NCBI GenBank assembly: GCA_963737695.1
Contig: CAVTTQ010000008.1
Location: forward strand, 23,941 to 47,940
Reading direction: 5' to 3'
DNA from: an uncultured Actinomycetota bacterium
Lineage (GTDB): Bacteria > Actinomycetota > Actinomycetes > Frankiales > Frankiaceae
Length of the DNA stretch: 24,000 bases
Shown here: positions 1-7,817 of the stretch, one piece after another
Numbering within the stretch: position 1 is the stretch's first letter
How the letters are laid out: the number at the start of each line of letters is the position of its first letter
Translations under genes and position numbers: made by a program
The notes under the pieces: model-generated
What the model was told of the DNA's origin: nothing
The model's input: the letters and a program-made list of their open reading frames with translations, nothing else
The model's database searches: none

Positions 1-260
1 TCGACCTCGATCTCGCTGACCATCTGGATGACCTCGCCCGCGAGCACGACCGCCCGCCCGTCAGCGTCTTCGAGTTGCAGCCGCAGCGGGAGCTTTTCGT
101 TGGCTCGGTCCCACGGGATCTTCATCAGGATGGCGACCGCGGCAGGTGCGGTGGGCGTGCCGGTGACTGACCATCCCGCGCCGAGCATGTGCAGCTTGCC
201 GGACACGTCCGACGCTGCGGCATCGCAGAGGATCAGGGTTGCGTGGACGGGGGAAGCCAC
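1..260 (-). CDS. conserved hypothetical protein, N-terminal 86 codons only (gene runs off left edge of window)
   Basis: Absent from the ORF track (no stop in window). GTG at 260-258 with GAGG 7 nt upstream. It reads VASPVHATLILCDAAASDVSGKLHMLGAGWSVTGTPTAPAAVAILMKIPWDRANEKLPLRLQLEDADGRAVVLAGEVIQMVSEIEV: balanced composition with G/C-rich third positions. It starts 37 nt after the LuxR-gene stop on the same strand, so co-transcription is likely. I cannot name the family with confidence. Confidence 0.55.
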   Translation of the reverse strand, partial: MASPVHATLILCDAAASDVSGKLHMLGAGWSVTGTPTAPAAVAILMKIPWDRANEKLPLRLQLEDADGRAVVLAGEVIQMVSEIEV

Positions 261-297
261 GAAAAAACCTCACGTTGGGGCTCGAGCGGAAGGGCCG

Positions 298-3120
298 TCA
301 ATCGACCCGTTCGTCCAGTATGAGCATCCGGGCCAGCTCTACCCGCGATCGAATCCCCAGCTTCTGGAAGCTCTTTCCGAGATGGAATTCGACCGTCTTC
401 TCGCTGACGAACAGAGTTTCAGCCACTTCGCGGTTCGAAGACCCGGCCGCCACTGCGCTGGCCACCTGCAATTCGCGGGCGGTGAGGCTGGTCAGGGAGG
501 GTCGGTCGGCGGAGTCGGCGAGTTGCCCACCCGCTGCCCGGATCTCACGTTCGGTCTGCGCGATCCAACCTGACGCGCCCAGGCTGCTGAAAGCGCTCAG
601 GGCCGCGCGCAGCTGGCGAACTGATTCAGTCCGCCGCCGGGTCCGGCGCAGCCTTTCTCCGTAAGCGAGTTGTGTGCGGGCGCGCTCGAAAGGCCAATCC
701 CGGCCGATGGCGAGTGATGCTTCGAAGAGGTCGTCGGCGTCGCCCCCATCACCGTGGGCCGCTGCTAGCGCGAGGCAGCGTTTCAGCCGGATCTGATGGT
801 CGCTCGCAGAAATCAGATCATCGAGTGCGGCGCTCTCGAGAACCTCCTGCGCTTCATCGGAGTGCCCGCACCGGATAAGCGTCTCGGCGAACTCGAGGCT
901 CCAGATCGGCAGGCTCGTGTGCTGGGCCGCCTTTACGTCGTCATCGCGAGCCCGAAAGTGGGTCAGCGCCTGGCGGGGTTGGCCGCGCCCGAGCTCCAGC
1001 AAGCCAAGGGCCCAGCGGGCGTACTCACGCAGGGCTCGGTTGCCGGTGGCCACGCCGATGGCGATCGCTTCAGAGCCATGCGCGATGCAGTCGTCGCTCC
1101 TGCCCTGGGCCGCCTCAATGATGGCGAGATTGGCGAGACAGAAGTTGCGGGCTCCGCCGGTCTCGTCAGCGATGCGCAGCGCCTCGCTGGTCGTCGCGTA
1201 AGAACGCCACCAGCGGTCAGTCCGGAAATCGACCTCGCCGATGCTCGCCAAGGCCACCGGCAGTGCGCTGAGCGCGCCGGCGCTGCGGGCGACCGCGATG
1301 ACCGACTCGTACAGAGTTGTCGCCTCGGGCCAGCAGTCGTAAACGACCAGTCCGCGACCGTAAATCTCGGGGATCCAAGGGTTTTCGAGTGGATTGAGGG
1401 CTGAGAGAACGGGCAGCAGGTCGAGCAGTGACGATCGGATCGCCGCCTTGTGGTTGCCGAATATCTCGGTCGCCGACAGCACGACGCTGCGCACGGGCTC
1501 CGGCGCATGCGCGAAGAGCGGCCCGGATACGAGCTCTCGCCCGATCCGCAGGTCCTCCATGCTGCCCATGAGGACCGCTTCGGCCAGGGCAGCTCCACCT
1601 TGCACGGGGTCGGTGTCACCGATCAGATGAGCCGCTCGCACCGTCGTCTCCAACGCTCCGGGTGCGCCGGTCCAGAACGAAAGCCGACCCTCGATCTGCA
1701 TCGCTCGTGCGACGACCATCGGATCGTCGGCGCCTGACTGCGCCTGCCTTGCCAACGTGATGGCGTCTATGGCGCGGCCCGATTGCTGGGCGTCCAGAGC
1801 CGCCTCGAGGAACCTGACCGCGGCGCGCGCCGGCTCGGGGCTGAGTAGTGCAGCTGCCTCGAAGGCCTTGGCGGCCACGGCGGGCGCCTGCCGCGACCGA
1901 GCGGCATAAGCGAGCTCCTCGACCTCGGCGGCGACCGCTTCGACTGGGCCCGTAGAGGCGGCAACCAGGTGCCAGGCGCGGGCGTCATGTCGGTGGGCCT
2001 GGGTGGAGACGTCAGCCAGGATCTGATGGGCGGCGCGGCGGTCTGCGGCTGAGGCCTCGTGGTAGGCGGACGAGCGGACCAGCGGATGAATGAAGTGGCA
2101 TCGCCCCTCGCTGATCCTGATCAGATCCGCGTCCTCTGCAGGTTCGACGGCCGCAAGCGTGAGTCCGGCGGCGCCAAGGGCCGCTGAAAGGACAGCAACG
2201 TCGCTCGAGTCGCAGGCCGAGGCGATCACCAGGGCACGTCGCGTTGGCTCGGGGAGCGAGAGCAGCCTCCGGCCGTACGCTCCGGCGACTTGTCGACCAA
2301 CCGGAATGGGATCCGGGAGTGCGCGTAAGCCACTGCGTTGGTCGCCATCGAGCAGGCGGGCGGCCTCGATCAGGGCGAGGGGATTGCCCGCCGTTCTGGT
2401 GTGCAGCTCCAACGTGACCGCAGGAGACAGGGTTACGCCGGCGACATGCCCAAGCAGCGTGTCGACCTCGTCCAGCTCGATGCCTTCCAGGTCGAGGCGC
2501 TCGAGCCCATGCAGGTGCTCGAGCTTTTCGTCTCTGCTGGCGAGCACCATCAACACCCGCTCCGCCTCCAGCCGCCGGGCGAGGAAAAGCAATGCCTCGG
2601 CTGAGGCTGGATCGAGCCAGTGCACGTCGTCGATCAGGATCAGTAAGGGCCGGTATTCAGCCTCTGCCGAAATCAGGCTCAGGACGCCGACGTAGACCGA
2701 GAAGCGTTCCACAGCGGTGCCTTCGGTGAGGGCCAGCGCCGAGCGCAGCGAATCCTGCTGCGCCGTCGGCAGCTCGTCGATCCGGTGAATCAGCGGACGC
2801 AGCAGACCGACGAGCCCGGCGAAGGGCAGCCCCTGCTCGAATTCGGAGCCCGAGGTCCGAAGGACGCTGAAGCCGGAACTTCGCGCGCCGATCTCGGCCA
2901 GCAGCGAGGTCTTTCCCGACCCCGGCTCGCCCACCAAGGCCAGCACGCAGCTCCTGCCCTGCAGCGCTCGTTCGGCCAGCTCATCCAGCTGATCCAGCTC
3001 GTCGGATCGCCCGACTAGGCCCGCGCCGGCGGAAGCTCCCGTCGGGACAGGTGGCACCCGCCTTGCACCCACCCGTGCTCCGATCGGCCGACGCTGGAGC
3101 TGTCGATCATAGGCGTACAT
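298..3120 (-). CDS. LAL-family transcriptional regulator (N-terminal AAA/STAND-like ATPase, central helical/TPR-like region, C-terminal LuxR-type HTH)
   Basis: 940-aa ORF. Walker A is GEPGSGKT and Walker B-like is LLILIDDVHWLD. A long Ala/Leu-rich helical repeat region follows. The C-terminus LTARELQVASAVAAGSSNREVAETLFVSEKTVEFHLGKSFQKLGIRSRVELARM is a classic LuxR/GerE HTH. Start is uncertain: ATG 3120 has no SD, whereas GTG 3072 has GGAG 6 nt upstream. Confidence 0.9.
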   Translation of the reverse strand: MYAYDRQLQRRPIGARVGARRVPPVPTGASAGAGLVGRSDELDQLDELAERALQGRSCVLALVGEPGSGKTSLLAEIGARSSGFSVLRTSGSEFEQGLPFAGLVGLLRPLIHRIDELPTAQQDSLRSALALTEGTAVERFSVYVGVLSLISAEAEYRPLLILIDDVHWLDPASAEALLFLARRLEAERVLMVLASRDEKLEHLHGLERLDLEGIELDEVDTLLGHVAGVTLSPAVTLELHTRTAGNPLALIEAARLLDGDQRSGLRALPDPIPVGRQVAGAYGRRLLSLPEPTRRALVIASACDSSDVAVLSAALGAAGLTLAAVEPAEDADLIRISEGRCHFIHPLVRSSAYHEASAADRRAAHQILADVSTQAHRHDARAWHLVAASTGPVEAVAAEVEELAYAARSRQAPAVAAKAFEAAALLSPEPARAAVRFLEAALDAQQSGRAIDAITLARQAQSGADDPMVVARAMQIEGRLSFWTGAPGALETTVRAAHLIGDTDPVQGGAALAEAVLMGSMEDLRIGRELVSGPLFAHAPEPVRSVVLSATEIFGNHKAAIRSSLLDLLPVLSALNPLENPWIPEIYGRGLVVYDCWPEATTLYESVIAVARSAGALSALPVALASIGEVDFRTDRWWRSYATTSEALRIADETGGARNFCLANLAIIEAAQGRSDDCIAHGSEAIAIGVATGNRALREYARWALGLLELGRGQPRQALTHFRARDDDVKAAQHTSLPIWSLEFAETLIRCGHSDEAQEVLESAALDDLISASDHQIRLKRCLALAAAHGDGGDADDLFEASLAIGRDWPFERARTQLAYGERLRRTRRRTESVRQLRAALSAFSSLGASGWIAQTEREIRAAGGQLADSADRPSLTSLTARELQVASAVAAGSSNREVAETLFVSEKTVEFHLGKSFQKLGIRSRVELARMLILDERVD

Positions 3121-3272
3121 GAAGGAGAGATGTGAGCTGGCTGAATGTCGAAGCTAGGGATTCCCCTGATGCGGTCGACCTCGCCCAACTCCTAGCGTCC
3201 AAGTGCTGGGAGTGGCCGCTGCGCCGCTTCGCGGCCGTGCGCAGCTAGCGCGCCATCGTGCCTGGGGGAGCA
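3121..3272. promoter_or_regulatory. divergent intergenic region between the LAL regulator and the secreted-protein operon (presumed promoters/operator)
   Basis: 152-bp gap between oppositely oriented start codons. It contains a 6-bp inverted repeat, GGCCGC (3214-3219) and GCGGCC (3231-3236). No -10/-35 element could be assigned confidently by eye. Confidence 0.3.
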
Positions 3273-3917
3273 ATGAGGATCCACGTCGCTCGCAAAGAAT
3301 CAAAGTCCGTGTCTGGGCATGACCGTCGACCCCGTTCCGCCCTGCTGCTCCTGGCTGCCGCCGCGGCCATAGCTCCGATCGTCGCGGTGCCCGCGGCGAA
3401 CGCGGCCGACTCCGGGTCGAACACCTCGACCGTCGAGATCACCCCGGCTCTGGTCAGGTCGATCACCGTCAGCCCCGGCAACAGTTCCTTTGGCCGGTGT
3501 ATCGACACCGCCACACTGCAGAGTCTGACCACGCTCAATGTGCCCGGGGGTAGCTGTCGTTTGGGTACTCCGGCCGCAGAGGACTACGTCACTGTCACGA
3601 ACGGACCCGTCCCGGCTCGCGTTCTTGTGAACGGTGCTGAGGCGCGGCCGGCAACTGGTACAGGAGCGGGCTGGGTCTTGGGTCAGTCTCGCGACACCGA
3701 CCAGTTCACGGAAGAGAGCTACAACCGCGCAGCCTCTCCGGGCGGCGTGTTTGTCCTTCCGAACCCGGGGTGCGACGTCGCGTTCAACAATGCCCTCGAT
3801 TGCCAGGCCGACGCGAACGCCACGAGTGACGAGGGGCTGGAGGTGAGTGCCCCGACAAGCTCAACCGCGACAGCTTCGACGTTCACCATCACGACGACCT
3901 GGACGGCGGCTCCGTAG
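3273..3917 (+). CDS. secreted paralog 1 of an unnamed four-Cys, TTTWTAAP-terminated protein family
   Basis: ATG 3273 is preceded by GGGGGAG. The same RBS/start context (MRI..V) is seen in paralog 3; the track start GTG 3258 is 5 codons upstream. The signal peptide ends AANAA. The protein aligns over its full length with the next two ORFs and ends APTSSTATASTFTITTTWTAAP. Confidence 0.85.
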   Translation: MRIHVARKESKSVSGHDRRPRSALLLLAAAAAIAPIVAVPAANAADSGSNTSTVEITPALVRSITVSPGNSSFGRCIDTATLQSLTTLNVPGGSCRLGTPAAEDYVTVTNGPVPARVLVNGAEARPATGTGAGWVLGQSRDTDQFTEESYNRAASPGGVFVLPNPGCDVAFNNALDCQADANATSDEGLEVSAPTSSTATASTFTITTTWTAAP

Positions 3918-3920
3918 CCA

Positions 3921-4526
3921 GTGAAGATCGAATTGCGCCGACACCCTGTCGTTTTGCTCGTGGCTGCTATGGGGACCGTGTCGTTGCTCGCCATGCCTGC
4001 GGCCAACGCCGCTAGCAGTGGCACCAACACCTCGACGGTTGAGGTCACCCCCACCGAGGTTCGTTCGGTCACGGTGTCACCCGGCACGGGGACCTTCGCG
4101 ACGTGCCGGGATCCTGATGACCAGGTGACGATCGGCACGCTTACGATCCCCGGCGGTCATTGCTTCCTGGGTAGTCCGACTCAAGAGGAATTCGTGACCG
4201 TCACCAATGGTCCTGTCGCCGGCCGGATCTTGATCAACGGTGAGGCGGCGCGGCCTTCTGACGGCGGGACGCCCTGGGCGCTCGGCGCGTCGCCCGCGGC
4301 TGATGTTTTCACCGAGACGAGCCACAACACGGTGGACGGCGGCGACGACCAGTCACTGACCACGACACCTGTCTGCGACGTGACTTACTCACCCGATGTG
4401 GACGGCCTTTGCACCGCCAGCCCCAACGAGCCCAACGACGAATTCCTGCGGATCGATGCGCCGACAAGTTCCACGGATTCGTCGTCGACCTTCACCGTCA
4501 CGACCACGTGGACGGCCGCGCCGTGA
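3921..4526 (+). CDS. secreted paralog 2 of the same family
   Basis: GTG start lies 3 nt after the paralog 1 stop. The signal peptide is MKIELRRHPVVLLVAAMGTVSLLAMPAANAA. It has the same conserved motifs and four Cys, and ends APTSSTDSSSTFTVTTTWTAAP. Confidence 0.85.
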   Translation: MKIELRRHPVVLLVAAMGTVSLLAMPAANAASSGTNTSTVEVTPTEVRSVTVSPGTGTFATCRDPDDQVTIGTLTIPGGHCFLGSPTQEEFVTVTNGPVAGRILINGEAARPSDGGTPWALGASPAADVFTETSHNTVDGGDDQSLTTTPVCDVTYSPDVDGLCTASPNEPNDEFLRIDAPTSSTDSSSTFTVTTTWTAAP

Positions 4527-4539
4527 GGTCGGGGGAGTT

Positions 4540-5208
4540 ATGAGGATCAGCGTTGTTCACGATGAGGCGGTGCACGTCAGCGGTCATGCACGCAGAACTC
4601 GTCGACTGCTGCTGGCCGCAGCCGCCGCGGCGCTGGCCTCGTTGGCCATCGCGACAAGCGCCAGCGCGGCGGACAGCGGTGCCAACACATCGACCGTCAA
4701 CATCTCGCCGCCTCTGATTCGCTCGATCACGCTGGCGCTCAGCGTCGACGTGCCGGGGGGCTCGTTCGGTCTCTGTGTCGACCCGGAGACTCACCTTGCT
4801 GACTTGACCACACTCACCATTCCCGATGGCATCTGCACCCTCAGCCGTGGGGGTGGTGGCCAGGATTACGTCCGCATCACGAACGGGCCGGTTCCAGGTC
4901 ACATCAATGTCAACGGCGGGGAGGCGGTGCCCACGTCAGGCGAAGGAAGCGGTTGGGCGCTTGGCACCAGCGCGGGACCGGACGTCTATACGGAAAAGTC
5001 CGCGGACCACGACGGCGAGGCGCTCCTGCCCTTCTCCCTTACCGCTTCACCCTCGTGTGATGGCTCCATCCACCCCGCGGTTGCCGACCTGTGCGCGGTC
5101 GCCGCCGATGAGGAGAACGATGAGCTCGTCCAAATCGGAGCGCCCACCAGTTCAACCGCGACGGCCTCGAACCTCACCGTCACCACGACCTGGACCGCCG
5201 TCCCGTAA
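4540..5208 (+). CDS. secreted paralog 3 of the same family
   Basis: The track ORF 4396-5208 overlaps paralog 2. The real start is ATG 4540 (GGGGGAG-tt-ATG), 13 nt after the paralog 2 stop, giving MRISVVHDEAVHVSGHARRTRRLLLAAAAAALASLAIATSASA. It ends APTSSTATASNLTVTTTWTAVP. Confidence 0.85.
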   Translation: MRISVVHDEAVHVSGHARRTRRLLLAAAAAALASLAIATSASAADSGANTSTVNISPPLIRSITLALSVDVPGGSFGLCVDPETHLADLTTLTIPDGICTLSRGGGGQDYVRITNGPVPGHINVNGGEAVPTSGEGSGWALGTSAGPDVYTEKSADHDGEALLPFSLTASPSCDGSIHPAVADLCAVAADEENDELVQIGAPTSSTATASNLTVTTTWTAVP

Positions 5209-5837
5209 TGGCAGCCCGCTCTTCACTCCGCTCGGTCGCAGTAGTCCTTGGCCTGACCCTCCTGGCGGCGATCGTGACGCCGGCGGCGGCCGCTCACGCC
5301 GCTGCCGGCGTCGGGGTCGGGGCGGCGCCGATTGAGGCGAAAGGCGAGCTGACCGCGGCCTCTTCGGTGGTGTTGCCGTCCCTGTACGTGGTGAACACCG
5401 GCACCGAGCCATCCACGTACGGAATTCGGGTTCAGCGGATCGGGAAAACCAGCGGGACGCCCGTGCCGACATCGTGGGTGACCGTCACTCCCGCCACCCT
5501 CGCGCTCAAGCCGAAGGCCGGCAGGTGGGTGAAAGTGTCCTTGCAGATCCCGGCTGGAGCTGCCAGCGGTTCCTACACGAGCAATCTCGTCGCCGGCACC
5601 GTCGCCGGCGGACAGGCCACCGGGACCAAGGCCCAGTTCGGCGCCCAGGCTGCGACCCAGCTGTCCTTCAAGGTCGGCGCTCCAGGGTCGGCAGCCGCGG
5701 TTGAATCCAAGCCCGATACGTCATCGAACGGTGGGGATCTCGGACCCTGGTGGGCCTGGGTGGGTGGCTTGGCTCTAGTCGTCGCTGTGATCGCGATCTG
5801 GAAGAGCGGGATCAGGGTGAAGGTCACGCGAAGCTGA
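5208..5837 (+). CDS. signal-peptide protein with one Ig-like/beta-sandwich-type domain and a C-terminal TM anchor (DUF916/chaperone-like by architecture only)
   Basis: TAATG overlap with the paralog 3 stop indicates translational coupling. The signal peptide ends AAAHAAA. The beta-rich core is LPSLYVVNTGTEPSTYGIRVQRI...VTVTPATLALKPKAGRWVKVSLQIPAGAASGSYTSNLVAG. The C-terminal anchor is PWWAWVGGLALVVAVIAIW followed by KSGIRVKVTRS. Confidence 0.8.
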   Translation: MAARSSLRSVAVVLGLTLLAAIVTPAAAAHAAAGVGVGAAPIEAKGELTAASSVVLPSLYVVNTGTEPSTYGIRVQRIGKTSGTPVPTSWVTVTPATLALKPKAGRWVKVSLQIPAGAASGSYTSNLVAGTVAGGQATGTKAQFGAQAATQLSFKVGAPGSAAAVESKPDTSSNGGDLGPWWAWVGGLALVVAVIAIWKSGIRVKVTRS

Positions 5838-5840
5838 ACG

Positions 5841-6872
5841 TCACAGGCGGCTCGCGAGTCTGGTGAGTACGTCCCGTGCGGGTCCGGCGGTCGCCGTTCG
5901 GTATCCGGTGCCGGCCCAAAGATTGATGCGCTGCGAGTCGTTTGCTGCCGCCGCGGCTTGTCGTAGTGGCCGGGTCAGGTGGTGCAGCGCGGGGTAACCG
6001 GCAGGCGCCAGTTGGTCGTACCGCTCGGTGAACAGGTTCGGAACTGCCCGTGCCGGCCTGCCCGTAAAGGCTCTGGTGACGACGGTGTCGCGGTCCGCTG
6101 GGTCGGTGAGCGCGGACTTGTACGCCGCTGATGCGCCGGACTCCTCGGTGCGAAGCAGTGCGGTCCCCACCATGACGGCATCGGCCCCTGCCCGGAGCGT
6201 GGCTGCGACCTGGTCAGCGGTGGACAGTCCGCCAGCCGCGATGAGCGGTAATGAAACGGTCTGGCGAACGCCTCGGACGAGATCGGGGAGGGCGGTCGTG
6301 CTTCGAGGCTGGTCCGGTGTGAGCGTGCCGGAATGACCGCCGGCGCTTGAAGCCTGGACCGCCAGCAGATCCACCCCGGCATCCGCGGCATGTATTGCTT
6401 CTTGGGGTGAGGTGACCGTTTGTACGACAAGGGTCCCGACGCGCTGGAGCGCACGGATGATCCGCGGTTCGGGTATCGCGAACGTGAAGCTGACAACCGG
6501 CACCGGATCGTCAAGGAGCAGAGCTACTTTGTTGTCCCAGTCGTCGTCATCTTCTACCGGCTGATCACCGGCCAGAGTGATCTCGTAGACGTCGGCTTCG
6601 GGTTGGATCTCGCGGGCGTAGCGGCGAAAAGCATCCCGGTCGACCGGCTGCGGGCTGGGCGCAAAAAGGTTGACCCCGAAGTGGGGAGTCAGAGCTCTTG
6701 CTGCGGCGATCTGCGCCGCGAGAGCATCCACGCTGCGATAACCGCCCGGCAGGAAGCCGAGTCCGCCGGCCTCGCCCGCGGCCGCGATCAATCCCGGGGT
6801 AGTAGGGCCGCCGGCCATCGGTGCGGCGAACACCGGCATAGTCACTCCGAGGCCGGTAAGCCAGCCGGTCAT
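5841..6872 (-). CDS. nitronate monooxygenase (NMO / 2-nitropropane dioxygenase family, FMN-dependent)
   Basis: MTGWLTGLGVTMPVFAAPMAGGPTTPGLIAAAGEAGGLGFLPGGY plus GGHSG and AAGG motifs are typical of NMO. The track ORF extends to 7154, but that extension is Arg/Ser-rich and overlaps the divergent gene. ATG 6872 gives a canonical 343-aa NMO. Confidence 0.85.
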   Translation of the reverse strand: MTGWLTGLGVTMPVFAAPMAGGPTTPGLIAAAGEAGGLGFLPGGYRSVDALAAQIAAARALTPHFGVNLFAPSPQPVDRDAFRRYAREIQPEADVYEITLAGDQPVEDDDDWDNKVALLLDDPVPVVSFTFAIPEPRIIRALQRVGTLVVQTVTSPQEAIHAADAGVDLLAVQASSAGGHSGTLTPDQPRSTTALPDLVRGVRQTVSLPLIAAGGLSTADQVAATLRAGADAVMVGTALLRTEESGASAAYKSALTDPADRDTVVTRAFTGRPARAVPNLFTERYDQLAPAGYPALHHLTRPLRQAAAAANDSQRINLWAGTGYRTATAGPARDVLTRLASRL

Positions 6873-6978
6873 GATGCTGCTGGGAGTTGCCCCGGCAATG
6901 CCAGCACCCGCCACATAGAAATCAAGGGTAGTCGGCGCTTTGCAAAGTCCGGGAGTGACTTGGAGTGGGGGAGATGGG

Positions 6979-7206
6979 ATGCCCGTCAAACAACGTTGGA
7001 ACGATCTGAGCCCGCGCGTCCGGCGGCTGATCGCTATCGCAGCCGCTCTCGAGGGCGCCCTCAAACTTGCTGCGCTCATTGACATCAGACGTCGACCCGC
7101 TGCAGCGATCAGAGGCCGGAAAGCGGTGTGGGCGCTGACGGTGAGCGCCGTCAACAGCTTCGGTCTTGCGCCGCTGGCCTACTTCCGTTTCGGTCGGCGG
7201 CGGTAG
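6979..7206 (+). CDS. small membrane protein, PLDc_N (phospholipase-D-nuclease N-terminal)-like
   Basis: ATG 6979 is preceded by GGGGAG. The 75-aa product has two hydrophobic helices and the C-terminal pattern W.L....N.FG.APLAYF.FGRRR typical of PLDc_N small proteins. It is divergent from NMO across a 106-bp gap. Confidence 0.6.
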   Translation: MPVKQRWNDLSPRVRRLIAIAAALEGALKLAALIDIRRRPAAAIRGRKAVWALTVSAVNSFGLAPLAYFRFGRRR

Positions 7207-7214
7207 GGCGCGAC

Positions 7215-7817
7215 TCAGACTTTGCCGTGCAATTCCTCGGCGATCTGCTTGCCTTGGGCGGGGGTTACGTAGGTGAAGCCGCCGATCTTGACGTAGGTGT
7301 CACCGAACAATGCGCCGTAGCTGGCGAATGCGCTCGCTCCGACTGAGCCTGCGTTTCCCTTGGGGTCAGGGGTCGAGAACGCTTCATCGCCCACGCCGGA
7401 CACCGAGTCGGGCGCGTGACTGACCGTCTTCAGCGCCTCGACGTCGGCGTCGTAGCCAATCTTTCCGCCATGGGTGGTCACGGAGATCTGGAGGAGGGTC
7501 CCGAGAGCACCGGTGTAATCGCAGCTGAAAATGACGCCCTCTACGTCGCCCGGCTTAACCGCGGTAAAGGTGGTGCCGGTGATCTGCGAGGCTGCTGCTG
7601 CCGGAAGCGCGGTGCACACGTCGAATGCCTTCTTATTGCCAGTAGAAGTTCCAGTGCTCGAGCCACCGCCCGGCACGGCAGAAAGCACCGCCTCTGGTTT
7701 TGTCGTACCACTGCTCGATCCGCCCGAGGCCGTCTTGGATCCACTCGAACACGCAGCAGTGGTGATGGCGACAAGCGCTAGTGAGACAACTACGGCCGAC
7801 GCCGTGGGAATTCGCAT
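7215..7817 (-). CDS. secreted lipoprotein (DUF3558-like by composition), function unknown
   Basis: ATG 7817 is preceded by AAGGAG. MRIPTASAVVVSLALVAITTAAC carries a lipobox, followed by a Ser/Gly/Thr linker and a two-Cys globular domain. The track start 7916 is an upstream extension. Confidence 0.75.
   Translation of the reverse strand: MRIPTASAVVVSLALVAITTAACSSGSKTASGGSSSGTTKPEAVLSAVPGGGSSTGTSTGNKKAFDVCTALPAAAASQITGTTFTAVKPGDVEGVIFSCDYTGALGTLLQISVTTHGGKIGYDADVEALKTVSHAPDSVSGVGDEAFSTPDPKGNAGSVGASAFASYGALFGDTYVKIGGFTYVTPAQGKQIAEELHGKV

Noticed and set aside
4396-4539. 48-codon upstream extension of paralog 3 overlapping paralog 2.
   Set aside because: Paralog comparison (MRISV versus MRIHV) and the identical GGGGGAG context place the start at 4540.
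3273-5837. Firm annotation of the paralogs as WxL-domain proteins and of the anchored protein as DUF916.
   Set aside because: The resemblance is motif- and architecture-level only: W-x-L-G, a terminal T-W-T...P, and an Ig-like domain plus C-terminal TM. The terminal motif lacks the Leu of WxL, and the anchor is much shorter than Firmicute DUF916/DUF3324 proteins. It is kept as a hypothesis in the findings, not as a feature call.
6873-7154. 94-codon N-terminal extension of the nitronate monooxygenase ORF.
   Set aside because: The extension is Arg/Ser/Ala-rich and overlaps the divergent PLDc_N-like gene. The NMO family N-terminus aligns with the internal ATG at 6872.
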